The translations under genes were made by a program, and so were the position numbers. From an uncultured Alphaproteobacteria bacterium (GTDB taxonomy: Bacteria > Pseudomonadota > Alphaproteobacteria > ATCC43930 > CGMCC-115725): 24,000 nucleotides of DNA. The stretch spans positions 459,157 through 483,156 of the forward strand of contig CAWBJW010000001.1 in the NCBI GenBank assembly GCA_963789255.1. The letters run 5' to 3'. Positions 8,378 through 16,540 of the stretch are shown piece after piece; position 1 is the stretch's first letter, and each line of letters begins with the position of its first letter. The notes below the pieces were generated by a model, which saw only the letters and a program-made list of their open reading frames with translations, did not search any database and had not been told where the DNA came from.

Positions 8378-8923
8378 TCAGACCTTCAACACTTCGGCGC
8401 CGGGCGCGGCGTCGAGCTCGGCGGCATTCACCGTCATGCACAGCAGGCTGTAATATCCGATCGCAGTGGTCAGCTGGATCAGCTCGTCATTGCCGAGGCG
8501 GTTCTGTATCGCCTTGAACGTCGCGTCGTCGGCCCGGTGCTTGCGCAACAACTGCCGGGTGAACTCGACGATCAGCGCGTCCTCAGGCGGAATGCCGCGG
8601 ACGTGGTTTTCGCGGATCGCGGTGATCGTCGTCTCGGGGACGCCGAGCCGGCGCGCGCCGCCGCTCTGCGCACCCCAGACGTACATCGCCTCGAATTCGC
8701 GCGCGACGGTCATCGCCGCCAGCACCCGCACGCGCATGTCGAGCGAACCCTCGAAGCGCACATAGGCGCCGAGATGGGCGACCCGCCCTGCCACCTCGGG
8801 ACTGTGCATGAATGCGACGAACGGGCCCTGCACGGCGCCGCGGCTCGCAACGATGCTGTCGAAGGTCGCGTGGTCCTTGGCCGGCACCTGGTGCTTGGCG
8901 GTGATCGGGGGGAGCCTTGCCAT
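8378..8923 (-). CDS. carboxymuconolactone decarboxylase (AhpD-like) family protein
   Basis: 181-aa ORF with a good RBS (aggagag). It is helical with a CMD-like repeat pattern (...EFEAMYVWGAQSGGARRLGV...ELIQLTTAIGYYSLLCMTVNA). The family call is from memory. Confidence 0.7.
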   Translation of the reverse strand: MARLPPITAKHQVPAKDHATFDSIVASRGAVQGPFVAFMHSPEVAGRVAHLGAYVRFEGSLDMRVRVLAAMTVAREFEAMYVWGAQSGGARRLGVPETTITAIRENHVRGIPPEDALIVEFTRQLLRKHRADDATFKAIQNRLGNDELIQLTTAIGYYSLLCMTVNAAELDAAPGAEVLKV

Positions 8924-9175
8924 TTGTCGCTCTCCTGTTGCGGTCGCTGCTCAACAAGCGAGCAGGATAAACACTTTGCCGCAAAGGGCGCAAAGGATGC
9001 GCGATGGTCGCGATGCGATCCGGGCGCGGCCCGTCAGGCCGCCGGCGCGGGCGCGTCATGGATGATCCCGGTCAGCACGATCCCCGCCGGCTGACAAAGC
9101 GGGCGAATGCCGCGTCCCGGCCTTGGCGCGGAGGCTTCAATCAGCCACATAAGACCGGGCACAGAAGCGGAGCGG

Positions 9176-10894
9176 ATGCGGATGAGCGCGGTCGAGGCGG
9201 CAGCGAGAGTGGAGGCCGGGCGCGATTTCATTCGCGACATTATCGCGGCCGACCTGGCCGCCGGGCATTGCAACGAGGTCGTCACCCGCTTTCCGCCGGA
9301 GCCCAATGGCTATCTCCATATCGGCCATGCCAAGTCGATCTGCCTCAATTTCGGGGTGGCGGAGGAGTTCGGCGGGCGCTGCCATCTGCGCTTCGACGAC
9401 ACCAATCCGACGAAGGAGGAGCAGGAATACATCGACGCGATCGAAGCTGACGTGCGCTGGCTCGGTTTCGACTGGGGCACCCACCTCCATCACGCCTCGG
9501 ACTATTTCGAGCAGCTCTATTTGTGGGCCGAGCACCTGGTCCGAGAGGGTCTCGCCTATATCGACGACCAGCCGGCCGAGGCGATGCGCGCCGCCCGCGG
9601 CACGCTGACCGAGCCCGGCCATAACAGCCCCTATCGCGACCGCGGCGCGCCCGAAAACCTCGATTTGTTTCGCCGCATGCGGGCCGGCGAATTCCCCAAC
9701 GGGGCACGGGTGTTGCGCGCCCGGATCGACATGGCGTCGGGCAACATCAACCTGCGCGATCCGGTGCTCTACCGCATCCTGCATGCGCCGCACCCGCGCA
9801 CCGGCACGGCCTGGTGCATCTACCCGACCTATGATTTCGCGCATGGCCAGTCGGATGCGATCGAGGGCGTCACCCATTCGATCTGCACCCTCGAATTCGA
9901 GGACCACCGCCCGCTTTACGACTGGCTGATCGAGCACCTGCCGGTACCGTCGCGGCCCAGGCAATACGAGTTCGCCCGGCTCAATCTCGCCTACACCGTG
10001 CTGTCGAAGCGGTTTCTGACCCGCCTCGTGCAGGAGGGCCATGTCGCCGGCTGGGACGACCCGCGCATGCCGACCCTGGCGGGCCTGCGCCGGCGCGGCG
10101 TGCCGCCCGAGGCGATCCGCGAATTTGTCCGCCGCATCGGCGTCGCGCGCGCCAACAGCCTGGTCAACGTCGCGATCTTCGAAAGCGCGGTGCGCGACAC
10201 CTTGAACCGCGCCGCATCGCGGCGCCTGGCGGTGCTGCGCCCGCTGAAGCTCGTCATCGAGAATTATCCGGAGGGCCGGAGCGAAGAGATCGAGGCGGCC
10301 AACAACCCCGAAGACCCGGGCGCCGGCACGCGGGCGATCCCGTTCGGGCGCGAGCTTTATGTCGAGCGCGACGATTTTCTGGAGGACCCGCCGAAGAATT
10401 TCTACCGGCTCGCGCCGGGGCGCGAGGTGCGGCTGCGTTACGCCTATTTCGTCACCTGCCGTGAGATCGTGAAGAACGCCGCGGGCGATGTCGTGGAGCT
10501 CCGCGTCAGCTACGATCCGGCAACACGAGGCGGCAACGCGCCGGACGGCCGCAAGGTGCGCGGCACGATCCATTGGGTGTCGGCCGGGCACGCCGTGCCG
10601 GCCGAGATCCGGCTCTACCACCCGCTCTTCACCCGCCCCGATCCGGGCGCCGACGGCGACTTCTCGGCCGACCTCAACCCGCATTCGCTCGAAGTGCTGA
10701 AGGGCGCCATGGTCGAACCGGGCCTCGCCGGCGCCAATTCGGCGGAGCCGGTCCAGTTCGAACGCCAGGGCTATTTTGTTCGCGACCCCGACGGGGGCCC
10801 GGGCCATCTCGTCTACAACCGCACGATCGGACTGCGCGACAGCTGGGCCAGGCTCGCCCCGGCACGGGCCGGGGGTGGGACCGGCGGGTGCTAG
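9176..10894 (+). CDS. glnS: glutamine--tRNA ligase
   Basis: Class I aaRS HIGH motif ([15 protein letters not shown]), VLSKR (KMSKS-like), and the GlnRS-specific blocks [28 protein letters not shown] and [10 protein letters not shown]. The start may be M at 9176 or at 9182. Confidence 0.95.
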   Translation: MRMSAVEAAARVEAGRDFIRDIIAADLAAGHCNEVVTRFPPEPNGYLHIGHAKSICLNFGVAEEFGGRCHLRFDDTNPTKEEQEYIDAIEADVRWLGFDWGTHLHHASDYFEQLYLWAEHLVREGLAYIDDQPAEAMRAARGTLTEPGHNSPYRDRGAPENLDLFRRMRAGEFPNGARVLRARIDMASGNINLRDPVLYRILHAPHPRTGTAWCIYPTYDFAHGQSDAIEGVTHSICTLEFEDHRPLYDWLIEHLPVPSRPRQYEFARLNLAYTVLSKRFLTRLVQEGHVAGWDDPRMPTLAGLRRRGVPPEAIREFVRRIGVARANSLVNVAIFESAVRDTLNRAASRRLAVLRPLKLVIENYPEGRSEEIEAANNPEDPGAGTRAIPFGRELYVERDDFLEDPPKNFYRLAPGREVRLRYAYFVTCREIVKNAAGDVVELRVSYDPATRGGNAPDGRKVRGTIHWVSAGHAVPAEIRLYHPLFTRPDPGADGDFSADLNPHSLEVLKGAMVEPGLAGANSAEPVQFERQGYFVRDPDGGPGHLVYNRTIGLRDSWARLAPARAGGGTGGC

Positions 10895-10976
10895 CGGTGG
10901 AAATAACACACTATTTGGTGCGGTGCCTGAGCGGCGTCATGTAACCTGCAAGCGAAGCCTCGACGGGAGGGCCGGA

Positions 10977-11339
10977 ATGCTGAGATGGCTGGGACTGGGC
11001 CTCCTGCTCGGTGCCGGGTTTGGGAGCGTCGCGTGGGCGCAGGGCTCGGTCAAGTTCGATGGCCAGTACATGGGAGCGCTTACCCTCGCGAGGGTAATCC
11101 ATGGCGACTGCACCCCGCCGCCTCTGGGGGCGATTTACCCTCTAACAATATCCGGGGGTGAAGTTCGCTTTGCATATGTCCCGCAATTCGACACCACATT
11201 AAACGGTACGGTTGACAAGAATGGAAATTTCAAAGCTTCAGCCCGCTTAAAAAGGGGATTTGTACAGATGAAAGGGCGCGTCCAAGGAAATGATGTCACC
11301 GCTTATATCGCATCCCCCAGTCTGCGACTATGCCTTTAG
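10977..11339 (+). CDS. small secreted hypothetical protein (Sec signal peptide); the 3' end may be frameshifted
   Basis: gggagg RBS. MLRWLGLGLLLGAGFGSVAWA|QG is a signal peptide. GC is lower than in the surrounding DNA. The last 7 codons use rare cga/cta codons. Confidence 0.55.
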   Translation: MLRWLGLGLLLGAGFGSVAWAQGSVKFDGQYMGALTLARVIHGDCTPPPLGAIYPLTISGGEVRFAYVPQFDTTLNGTVDKNGNFKASARLKRGFVQMKGRVQGNDVTAYIASPSLRLCL

Positions 11340-11493
11340 TACAAAGAACTAGAGCAGGTTTCGGCGATGTCGAACCGGCGCGGCTACAAGGGCGCCTTAG
11401 GGTCGAACCTGTCGGTCCGATCGCGGTCGGGCGGATGGCCGCTTTGTCCGCAAGCGGAAAGCAAGAATTTCGCGACTGCGGCCGCTCCTTCGG

Positions 11494-12798
11494 TCACTGC
11501 ACCGTCGGGACCCCCGTGACGGGAACGCCGGAAGCACCCGGTCGCCGCGCGCTGAGCAAATGCCGTGCTTCCTCCAGCCGGCCGGCGTTGAGATAGGCCT
11601 TCAGCAACGTGAACTCGGTCAGGTCGTGCTGCGCGCGGCTGCCGCCAATGCGTTCGCTTTCCCCGGCGAGCGGGGCGAGCGCCTCGATCGCCGCGGAAAA
11701 ATCCCCGCGTTCGAACGCCACAAAGCCGCGCGACAGCGCCGGCAGGTAAGAGCCGGACGGGTAACGCCCCTCGCGTGCCAGATCCTCCATCTGGCGGGCA
11801 CGGGCATCGATCCCGGCCTCATCGCCCATGACGGCCTGAGCCAGGATGACGTGCAGGTCGGCGAGCCCGCTGCCCGGCGACGGTAGCGCGCTGTTCGCAT
11901 AGTCGTGCATCGCGCGCCAGGCCGCGGCATCGCGGGGATGGCCGGCGAGTTCGGAACGCCACAGAAACGCTGTCGCATCCGACATTCTCTGCTGCGGCCC
12001 GCCGCTGTGCCGGTCGAGCGTGAGGGCGTCCTGATACAGCCGCAACGCCGCCGCCCAATCGCCGGCCTGGAGTTCGCAGAGCGCGAGATGCCAGCTCAGA
12101 TGGCCGTAGAAAAACCCGTCGCGCGGATAGGTGGCGAGCCACGCGGAAAGATAGGCGCGGGCCGTGTCCGGCTCGCCACTCTCGTAACAAACATGGGCGA
12201 AGCCGTGCGCGCCATGCGCGTTGTTCGGGTTGGCCGCCACGGATCGCTCGATCTTCGGCCGGGCGGCGGCAAGCTGCCCATCCTCGGACAACGCCATGGC
12301 ATGATGCGAGAGGAACCAAAAATCATCGCCGTAATGCGGGGCGAGGCTGTCCATCATCACCGCGATCTGGTGCTTCTGCCCGATGCGGCCGGAAGCGCCG
12401 ATCAGGCCATTGGGGTTCGCTGCACTGGCGAGCACCATCGCGTCGCGGGGCCACGCCGTCAGATGCGCGCGCAAAACGGCGATCGCGGCGTCGGTCCGGC
12501 CCGCGAACACGAGGTCGAAGAACTCGATGTGACTGGCCTCGCGAGCCGGCAGACCGGCGGCCACATCCTTTGCCGCTGCCAGGGCCGCCCGCGCCGGCGC
12601 CACGTTGCCTTCGCGCATCAGTACCTGGGCCTTGCCGGCATGGGCCAGGGCGAAACCGGGATCGGCGGCGATGGCGCGGTCAAAGGCCTCGATCGCGCCA
12701 GGATAGAAGGTCAGCGCCAGATCGCAGCCCTGAACGTAGGCGTCCCGCGCGGCGGTGTAGGCAGTGGACAAAGGAAGGTCGTATCGGTCTGCCAGCAT
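11494..12798 (-). CDS. tetratricopeptide-repeat protein
   Basis: 434-aa ORF with an aggagga RBS. It contains repeated A/L/Y-rich helical pairs (e.g. ALAHAGKAQVLMREGNVAPARAALAAA, AAALRLYQDALTL, ARHLLSA). It lies downstream of, and co-directional with, the dioxygenase genes. Confidence 0.7.
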   Translation of the reverse strand: MLADRYDLPLSTAYTAARDAYVQGCDLALTFYPGAIEAFDRAIAADPGFALAHAGKAQVLMREGNVAPARAALAAAKDVAAGLPAREASHIEFFDLVFAGRTDAAIAVLRAHLTAWPRDAMVLASAANPNGLIGASGRIGQKHQIAVMMDSLAPHYGDDFWFLSHHAMALSEDGQLAAARPKIERSVAANPNNAHGAHGFAHVCYESGEPDTARAYLSAWLATYPRDGFFYGHLSWHLALCELQAGDWAAALRLYQDALTLDRHSGGPQQRMSDATAFLWRSELAGHPRDAAAWRAMHDYANSALPSPGSGLADLHVILAQAVMGDEAGIDARARQMEDLAREGRYPSGSYLPALSRGFVAFERGDFSAAIEALAPLAGESERIGGSRAQHDLTEFTLLKAYLNAGRLEEARHLLSARRPGASGVPVTGVPTVQ

Positions 12799-12923
12799 CG
12801 TGGATCTCCTCCTGGCCGATTTCGTTGAAAATCTGCCGCCCTCTCAGGCCCTCACGAAAGGGGCGCGAACGGCCGGCAGCGGCGCCGAGCCGTCATCATC
12901 GGATCTCGGATAATCGCGCTCGC

Positions 12924-13391
12924 TCACAGCGGCGTCGCGAGGAGGCTCGGCACCGCGAAGGTGTCGAGCAGGATCAGCTTGTCGCGGATCTTCAGGCCGC
13001 CTGGCCCGGCCGCGAGAAGGTCGCGGTAGAGACCGGTGGCGAAGAGCCGCGTCTCGCCCTCCTGATCGGTCTGATAGACGGCGAACGGCGCCTCGACCTC
13101 GATCCCGTCCGCCCGCGACCCGGCGATGCGCGGCAAGCCGATCAGGTGGCGGTCGGTGTGGATGTTGAATTTGTTCGCCTCGCGCAAGGCGCGGATGCGG
13201 TCTTCCAGCACGGCGCGGCTGTCGCAGAAAATCAGCGCCGCCGGCAATCCGCGGTCGTAATTCTCGCGCGGCACGACATTGTAGCGGCACTCGCCGGCAA
13301 AGAGGTCGAGCCACTCGTCGTATTTCGCGGCGTCGAGCAATGCGCCGTATTCGGCGAGCAAATCGAGGACGGCGTCGCGAGTGATTGTCAT
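12924..13391 (-). CDS. aromatic-ring-hydroxylating dioxygenase beta subunit (NTF2/SnoaL-like)
   Basis: 155 aa. The start overlaps the alpha-subunit stop (ATGA). The pattern ...YDEWLDLFAGECRYNVVPREN...LEDRIRALRE...HLIG is typical of RHO small subunits. Confidence 0.8.
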   Translation of the reverse strand: MTITRDAVLDLLAEYGALLDAAKYDEWLDLFAGECRYNVVPRENYDRGLPAALIFCDSRAVLEDRIRALREANKFNIHTDRHLIGLPRIAGSRADGIEVEAPFAVYQTDQEGETRLFATGLYRDLLAAGPGGLKIRDKLILLDTFAVPSLLATPL

Positions 13392-14641
13392 CGCACCGCG
13401 CCGGCCGGCTCGATGCCGAGCAACTCCGCGTAATACGACCAGAAGCCGCGCAACGGCACATCGGTGACGCGATAGTCGCGGTCGGAGATGACACCGCCGC
13501 CGCCCAGTTCGATCACGGTGGCGCAGTCGGGGTCGGGCCGCGAGGCGCGGTGGACGAGTTCGATGGCTTCGCCGTCCTCCATCGATACGAGCCCGGCCGG
13601 GCCGACGAGGTTGGCCTGGCGCAGACGGTGCAGGGTCATCTCGGGCGGGTCGTCCTCGTAGCCGAAGACCGTCTGGAACACCTCGAATTCATCGACGCCG
13701 CGCGGCCGGATCTGCCGGACCGCCAGGCTGTTGCTGATCTGCACGAAGACGCCGGAGGGAAAGACCGAGGTGATCGCGATGTTCAGCCGATCGCCGTGCT
13801 CGGGGTGGAAGGCGACCAAGGCCGGCTCTTGCAGCGACAGATAGTCGTTGCGCACCCCGGCATTGCCGTAGGCTTGCCGGGCGATCTCGTCGCTGTCGCT
13901 GCCGGCCTCGGCCCAGGTGATGTTGTGGCGATGGCGCGAATCCATGCGGACGCCGCCGACTTGCGTTGACCGGTCGAGCCCAAAGGTCACGAGAAACTCG
14001 TGCAACAGGCTGGCATGGTAGTTGTCGCGGGTGTTCTCGGCGTAGAGCTTCCAATTGCCGCGAATCCGCTGGCGATTGTAGCCAAGCACCCGGACCTTCC
14101 GGTCGAACAGGCGCCGCAGTTGCGCGAGGACCGGCGCACCGAGATAGTCCTCGAGCGGCTCGGCATCCTCGGCGAGGGTGCCGAACACGACGCCATTGAC
14201 CGCGCCGACCTGCAACGGGCATAGCGCGTGCGCGCGCATGTCGAAGCTCGGGGCGAGCCCGCCCTTGCCCCTGATGCCGCGGCGGAACGGGATCGACTTC
14301 AAGCCGCCGTCGAGCCCGTAGCACCACTGGTGATAGATGCAGGTGTGGCTTGCGGCGTTGCCGAACAGCTCGCGCCGGACCAGCGCGCCGCGATGGGCGC
14401 AGCGATTGACGAAGGCCCGCAGCGCGCCCTGTTCGTCGCGGTTGACGACGACCGGCGTGTCGCCGACCCAGGTGGTCAGGAAATCGCCGGGGTTGGCGAT
14501 CTCGGCTTCCAGGCCGAGAAAGCTCCACACCGGCCCGCGGAAGATCCGCTCCTGCTCGCGCTCGTAGATCTCGGCATCGTGATAGAGGCGATAGGGCACC
14601 CGGCTGTAGTCGAGCGCCGGCCAGATCGCTGCATTCACCAT
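13388..14641 (-). CDS. Rieske non-heme iron aromatic-ring-hydroxylating oxygenase alpha subunit
   Basis: Canonical Rieske motif C-x-H-x17-C-x2-H (CAHRGALVRRELFGNAASHTCIYH) and the mononuclear-iron motif D-x2-H-x4-H (DNYHASLLH). Confidence 0.9.
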   Translation of the reverse strand: MVNAAIWPALDYSRVPYRLYHDAEIYEREQERIFRGPVWSFLGLEAEIANPGDFLTTWVGDTPVVVNRDEQGALRAFVNRCAHRGALVRRELFGNAASHTCIYHQWCYGLDGGLKSIPFRRGIRGKGGLAPSFDMRAHALCPLQVGAVNGVVFGTLAEDAEPLEDYLGAPVLAQLRRLFDRKVRVLGYNRQRIRGNWKLYAENTRDNYHASLLHEFLVTFGLDRSTQVGGVRMDSRHRHNITWAEAGSDSDEIARQAYGNAGVRNDYLSLQEPALVAFHPEHGDRLNIAITSVFPSGVFVQISNSLAVRQIRPRGVDEFEVFQTVFGYEDDPPEMTLHRLRQANLVGPAGLVSMEDGEAIELVHRASRPDPDCATVIELGGGGVISDRDYRVTDVPLRGFWSYYAELLGIEPAGAVR

Positions 14642-14839
14642 CGCACTTCTCGCACAAGGAGGCGGCGCCCGATCCTAGTTTAGGAACGCATGGCCGACAA
14701 CATCGAGACCGCGCCGGCGCCGCCAGGCGCGGAGCGAAGGAGGCGAGCGCCGCACCCCGGCCGTCCGCCGCAACAGGGTTCGCCGGGTCACCGCCTCGCC
14801 GCCCGCCTGCATCGCCGCTCCGTTCAGAAGGGTGTCGCG

Positions 14840-14945
14840 CCTGCCGCAGCGTTTGCTCGTAAGCGTCGAGCCGGGGCTGATCTTCGGGGGCGATCAGATC
14901 ACCCGAGCGCGCGCTGCGGCCGATCTGCGGATCGTTGACGAGGGG
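14840..14945 (-). pseudogene. possible 3' remnant of a resident gene truncated at the island border
   Basis: The minus-strand frame opens directly after an in-frame TGA (14946-14948) and reads PLVNDPQIGRSARSGDLIAPEDQPRLDAYEQTLRQ. About 83% of third positions are G/C and there is no usable start codon. I did not recognise its identity. Confidence 0.3.
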
Positions 14946-14957
14946 TCATGCCCTGTC

Positions 14958-15395
14958 TCAGGCGGGATACGCGACCACGGTGGGGTTACCCGGAGCCCTT
15001 ACGGCAATGCCGATGACCTCCGCTGCACGATCCGTGCCTGCCCGAATCTCATGCTCCCACAGCCGAATCACCCGCCACCCTACCGCGGCAAGGGCGAGAT
15101 TGACGGCGGCGTCGCGCTCCCTGGTTCGGGCAATTTTCTTTGCCCAGAACTCCGCATTATTCTTTGGCATCGTGGCATGTTGGGGACAACCGTGCCAAAA
15201 GCACCCGTTCACGAACACCGCGACCCTGGCGCGCGGAAAAACCAAATCTGGGCGGCCCGGCAGCCCGGCCCCAAGCCGATATCTCAGCCCGCGCTTCCAC
15301 AGCATCCGCCTGAGACGGACCTCGGGACCGGTGTTCCGGCCCGTGTTCCTCGACATGCAGAAGCTGCGCTGCGCCGGCGTAAGAACATCTGTCAT
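14958..15395 (-). CDS. vsr: very short patch repair endonuclease (Vsr, T:G mismatch endonuclease)
   Basis: MSRNTGRNTGPEVRLRRMLWKRGLRYR...PGRPDLVFPRARVAVFVNGCFWHGCP...NAEFWAKKI..N..RD...L...GWRVIRLWEHE matches Vsr almost motif for motif. Confidence 0.9.
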   Translation of the reverse strand: MTDVLTPAQRSFCMSRNTGRNTGPEVRLRRMLWKRGLRYRLGAGLPGRPDLVFPRARVAVFVNGCFWHGCPQHATMPKNNAEFWAKKIARTRERDAAVNLALAAVGWRVIRLWEHEIRAGTDRAAEVIGIAVRAPGNPTVVAYPA

Positions 15396-15405
15396 CGGTC
15401 AGGCT

Positions 15406-16125
15406 TCAGGCCTCCTCGTCATCATCGATCGCAGTTAACGCGACCTCGTTTCCAAAAACCAGCCCGCCGGGGTTGACCGAGACGGCATCCACAACCACGC
15501 CCACCGGCAACCCGCCAAGAGAAGCGAGAACGGCTCGGGCAAACTCCTTCATATCGTCCGAAATCCGGAGTTTCGCACCGCGCATGCTTAACTCGAAGAC
15601 CCGGTAAATACGGTAGGGACCGCTACCGTCGGCGGCCATCTCCTTCAGTTCAGGCAGCGAGACATGAAATTCGCGTTCAAAGGTCATTGATGTCGTCTTT
15701 ACATCAACCCTCTCCGCCGCACCCGCAACCGGCGTGAGCCTAAAGTCCATTGGTGCCACGGCGTTAACGTCGGAAATCCATTCAAATGCGGTTATGGCGC
15801 CGTCAGCCGTTTGGCGTTCCAGGTACGCGGCAACCAGTTCCTCGCCGGCACGGCCGGTTTCGTCCGCCTGCGCACGCGCCCGGCGCAGCGCTTCAATTGA
15901 AACCGTCGGCGCCCGGCCACGGCGTAGCAGTCTCTCCGTCGCCGCCGCTCCTCCGAGCGCGATTTCCTGAAGGTCGCCGGAGAGCGTAAAGTTGAAAAGA
16001 GGATGGTCCTCGGCCAGCCCGGCAATCGCCGCTATTTCTGCGATTTGCGCTTCATCCAAAACCCGCATCGTGTCTCGTGGTCCGGATAGCCCGAGCCCAT
16101 CAAGGGCGGAATGGAGTTCGAGCAT
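15406..16125 (-). CDS. DUF3883-type (PD-(D/E)xK-like) nuclease domain protein. It is the probable catalytic part of the restriction endonuclease.
   Basis: GRAGEELVAAYLE...WISDVNAVAPMDFRL...ERVDVKTTSMTFEREFHVSLPELKEMAA...YRIYRVFEL follows the E...D...(D/E)xK...RV pattern of DUF3883/restriction-endonuclease-like domains (from memory). The ggagg abuts the ATG with no spacer, so independent initiation is doubtful. Confidence 0.65.
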   Translation of the reverse strand: MLELHSALDGLGLSGPRDTMRVLDEAQIAEIAAIAGLAEDHPLFNFTLSGDLQEIALGGAAATERLLRRGRAPTVSIEALRRARAQADETGRAGEELVAAYLERQTADGAITAFEWISDVNAVAPMDFRLTPVAGAAERVDVKTTSMTFEREFHVSLPELKEMAADGSGPYRIYRVFELSMRGAKLRISDDMKEFARAVLASLGGLPVGVVVDAVSVNPGGLVFGNEVALTAIDDDEEA

Positions 16126-16540
16126 CCTCCGGAAGCGATCGGGCGACGAACAGGGCGGTCGCCGCAGAGGGGACTATGTCACCCTCAAAGGAAAATATGA
16201 CGTAGTCGTCGGGCAAGAGCGGATTGAAGCGATCGGGTTCGTCCAGTGGATTTGCGATGAACTCGCCATCTAACCGCCAGTTTTTATAGGTCCCACCTTT
16301 AATTATTTTGCGTTGTAAATTAATTGGCGCTCGATTTCCCGGGCCGAATATCCACAGGTCTAATGGAATCCTTCCGCTCCCCCTGGTGGCCTCCCCAATA
16401 GTCGGAAATAGCTGATCAACGAAGACATTTGCATTCAGGTTTATCGATTTCTGACCGCCAACATCGAGCTGCCTGAACTGCCACTCGAATAGCGTCAGGT
16501 CGGAGGCTGTCAGCTTCTTCAATGCAAGCTTGGACGTCAT
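16100..16540 (-). CDS. EcoRII-N-like (B3-type) DNA-binding domain protein. It is the probable N-terminal part of the restriction endonuclease.
   Basis: The ATG at 16540 overlaps the methyltransferase stop (ATGA). LKKLTASDLTLF...VGGQKSINLNANVFVDQLFPTI parallels the EcoRII N-domain IKRLSANDTGATGGHQVGLYIPSGIVEKLFPSI (recalled, not aligned by software). The tracked ORF upstream of 16540 is a shadow of the methyltransferase gene. Confidence 0.55.
   Translation of the reverse strand: MTSKLALKKLTASDLTLFEWQFRQLDVGGQKSINLNANVFVDQLFPTIGEATRGSGRIPLDLWIFGPGNRAPINLQRKIIKGGTYKNWRLDGEFIANPLDEPDRFNPLLPDDYVIFSFEGDIVPSAATALFVARSLPEDARTPFRP

Noticed and set aside
9137-10909. 590-aa ORF antisense to glnS. Similar long antisense or out-of-frame ORFs occur at 1213-2361(-), 938-1708(-), 5827-6756(+), 6608-7777(+), 7737-8453(+), 11905-12828(+), 13689-14657(-), 18460-19785(-), 19999-21417(-), 20409-21635(+) and 21668-22801(+).
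   Set aside because: These are typical shadow ORFs of a high-GC genome. Their translations are Arg/Ala/Gly/Pro-rich nonsense with no recognisable motifs. Each overlaps a gene on the other strand or frame that has clear family signatures.
11439-11457. Small hairpin ccgctt-tgtccgc-aagcgg between the convergent secreted-protein and TPR genes, considered as a Rho-independent terminator
   Set aside because: The stem is only 6 bp and no U-tract follows on either strand. That is insufficient to call a terminator.
14690-14938. 82-aa plus-strand ORF between the dioxygenase and vsr
   Set aside because: The translation is Arg/Pro-rich with no motif or RBS. The opposite strand shows better codon bias (see the remnant call).
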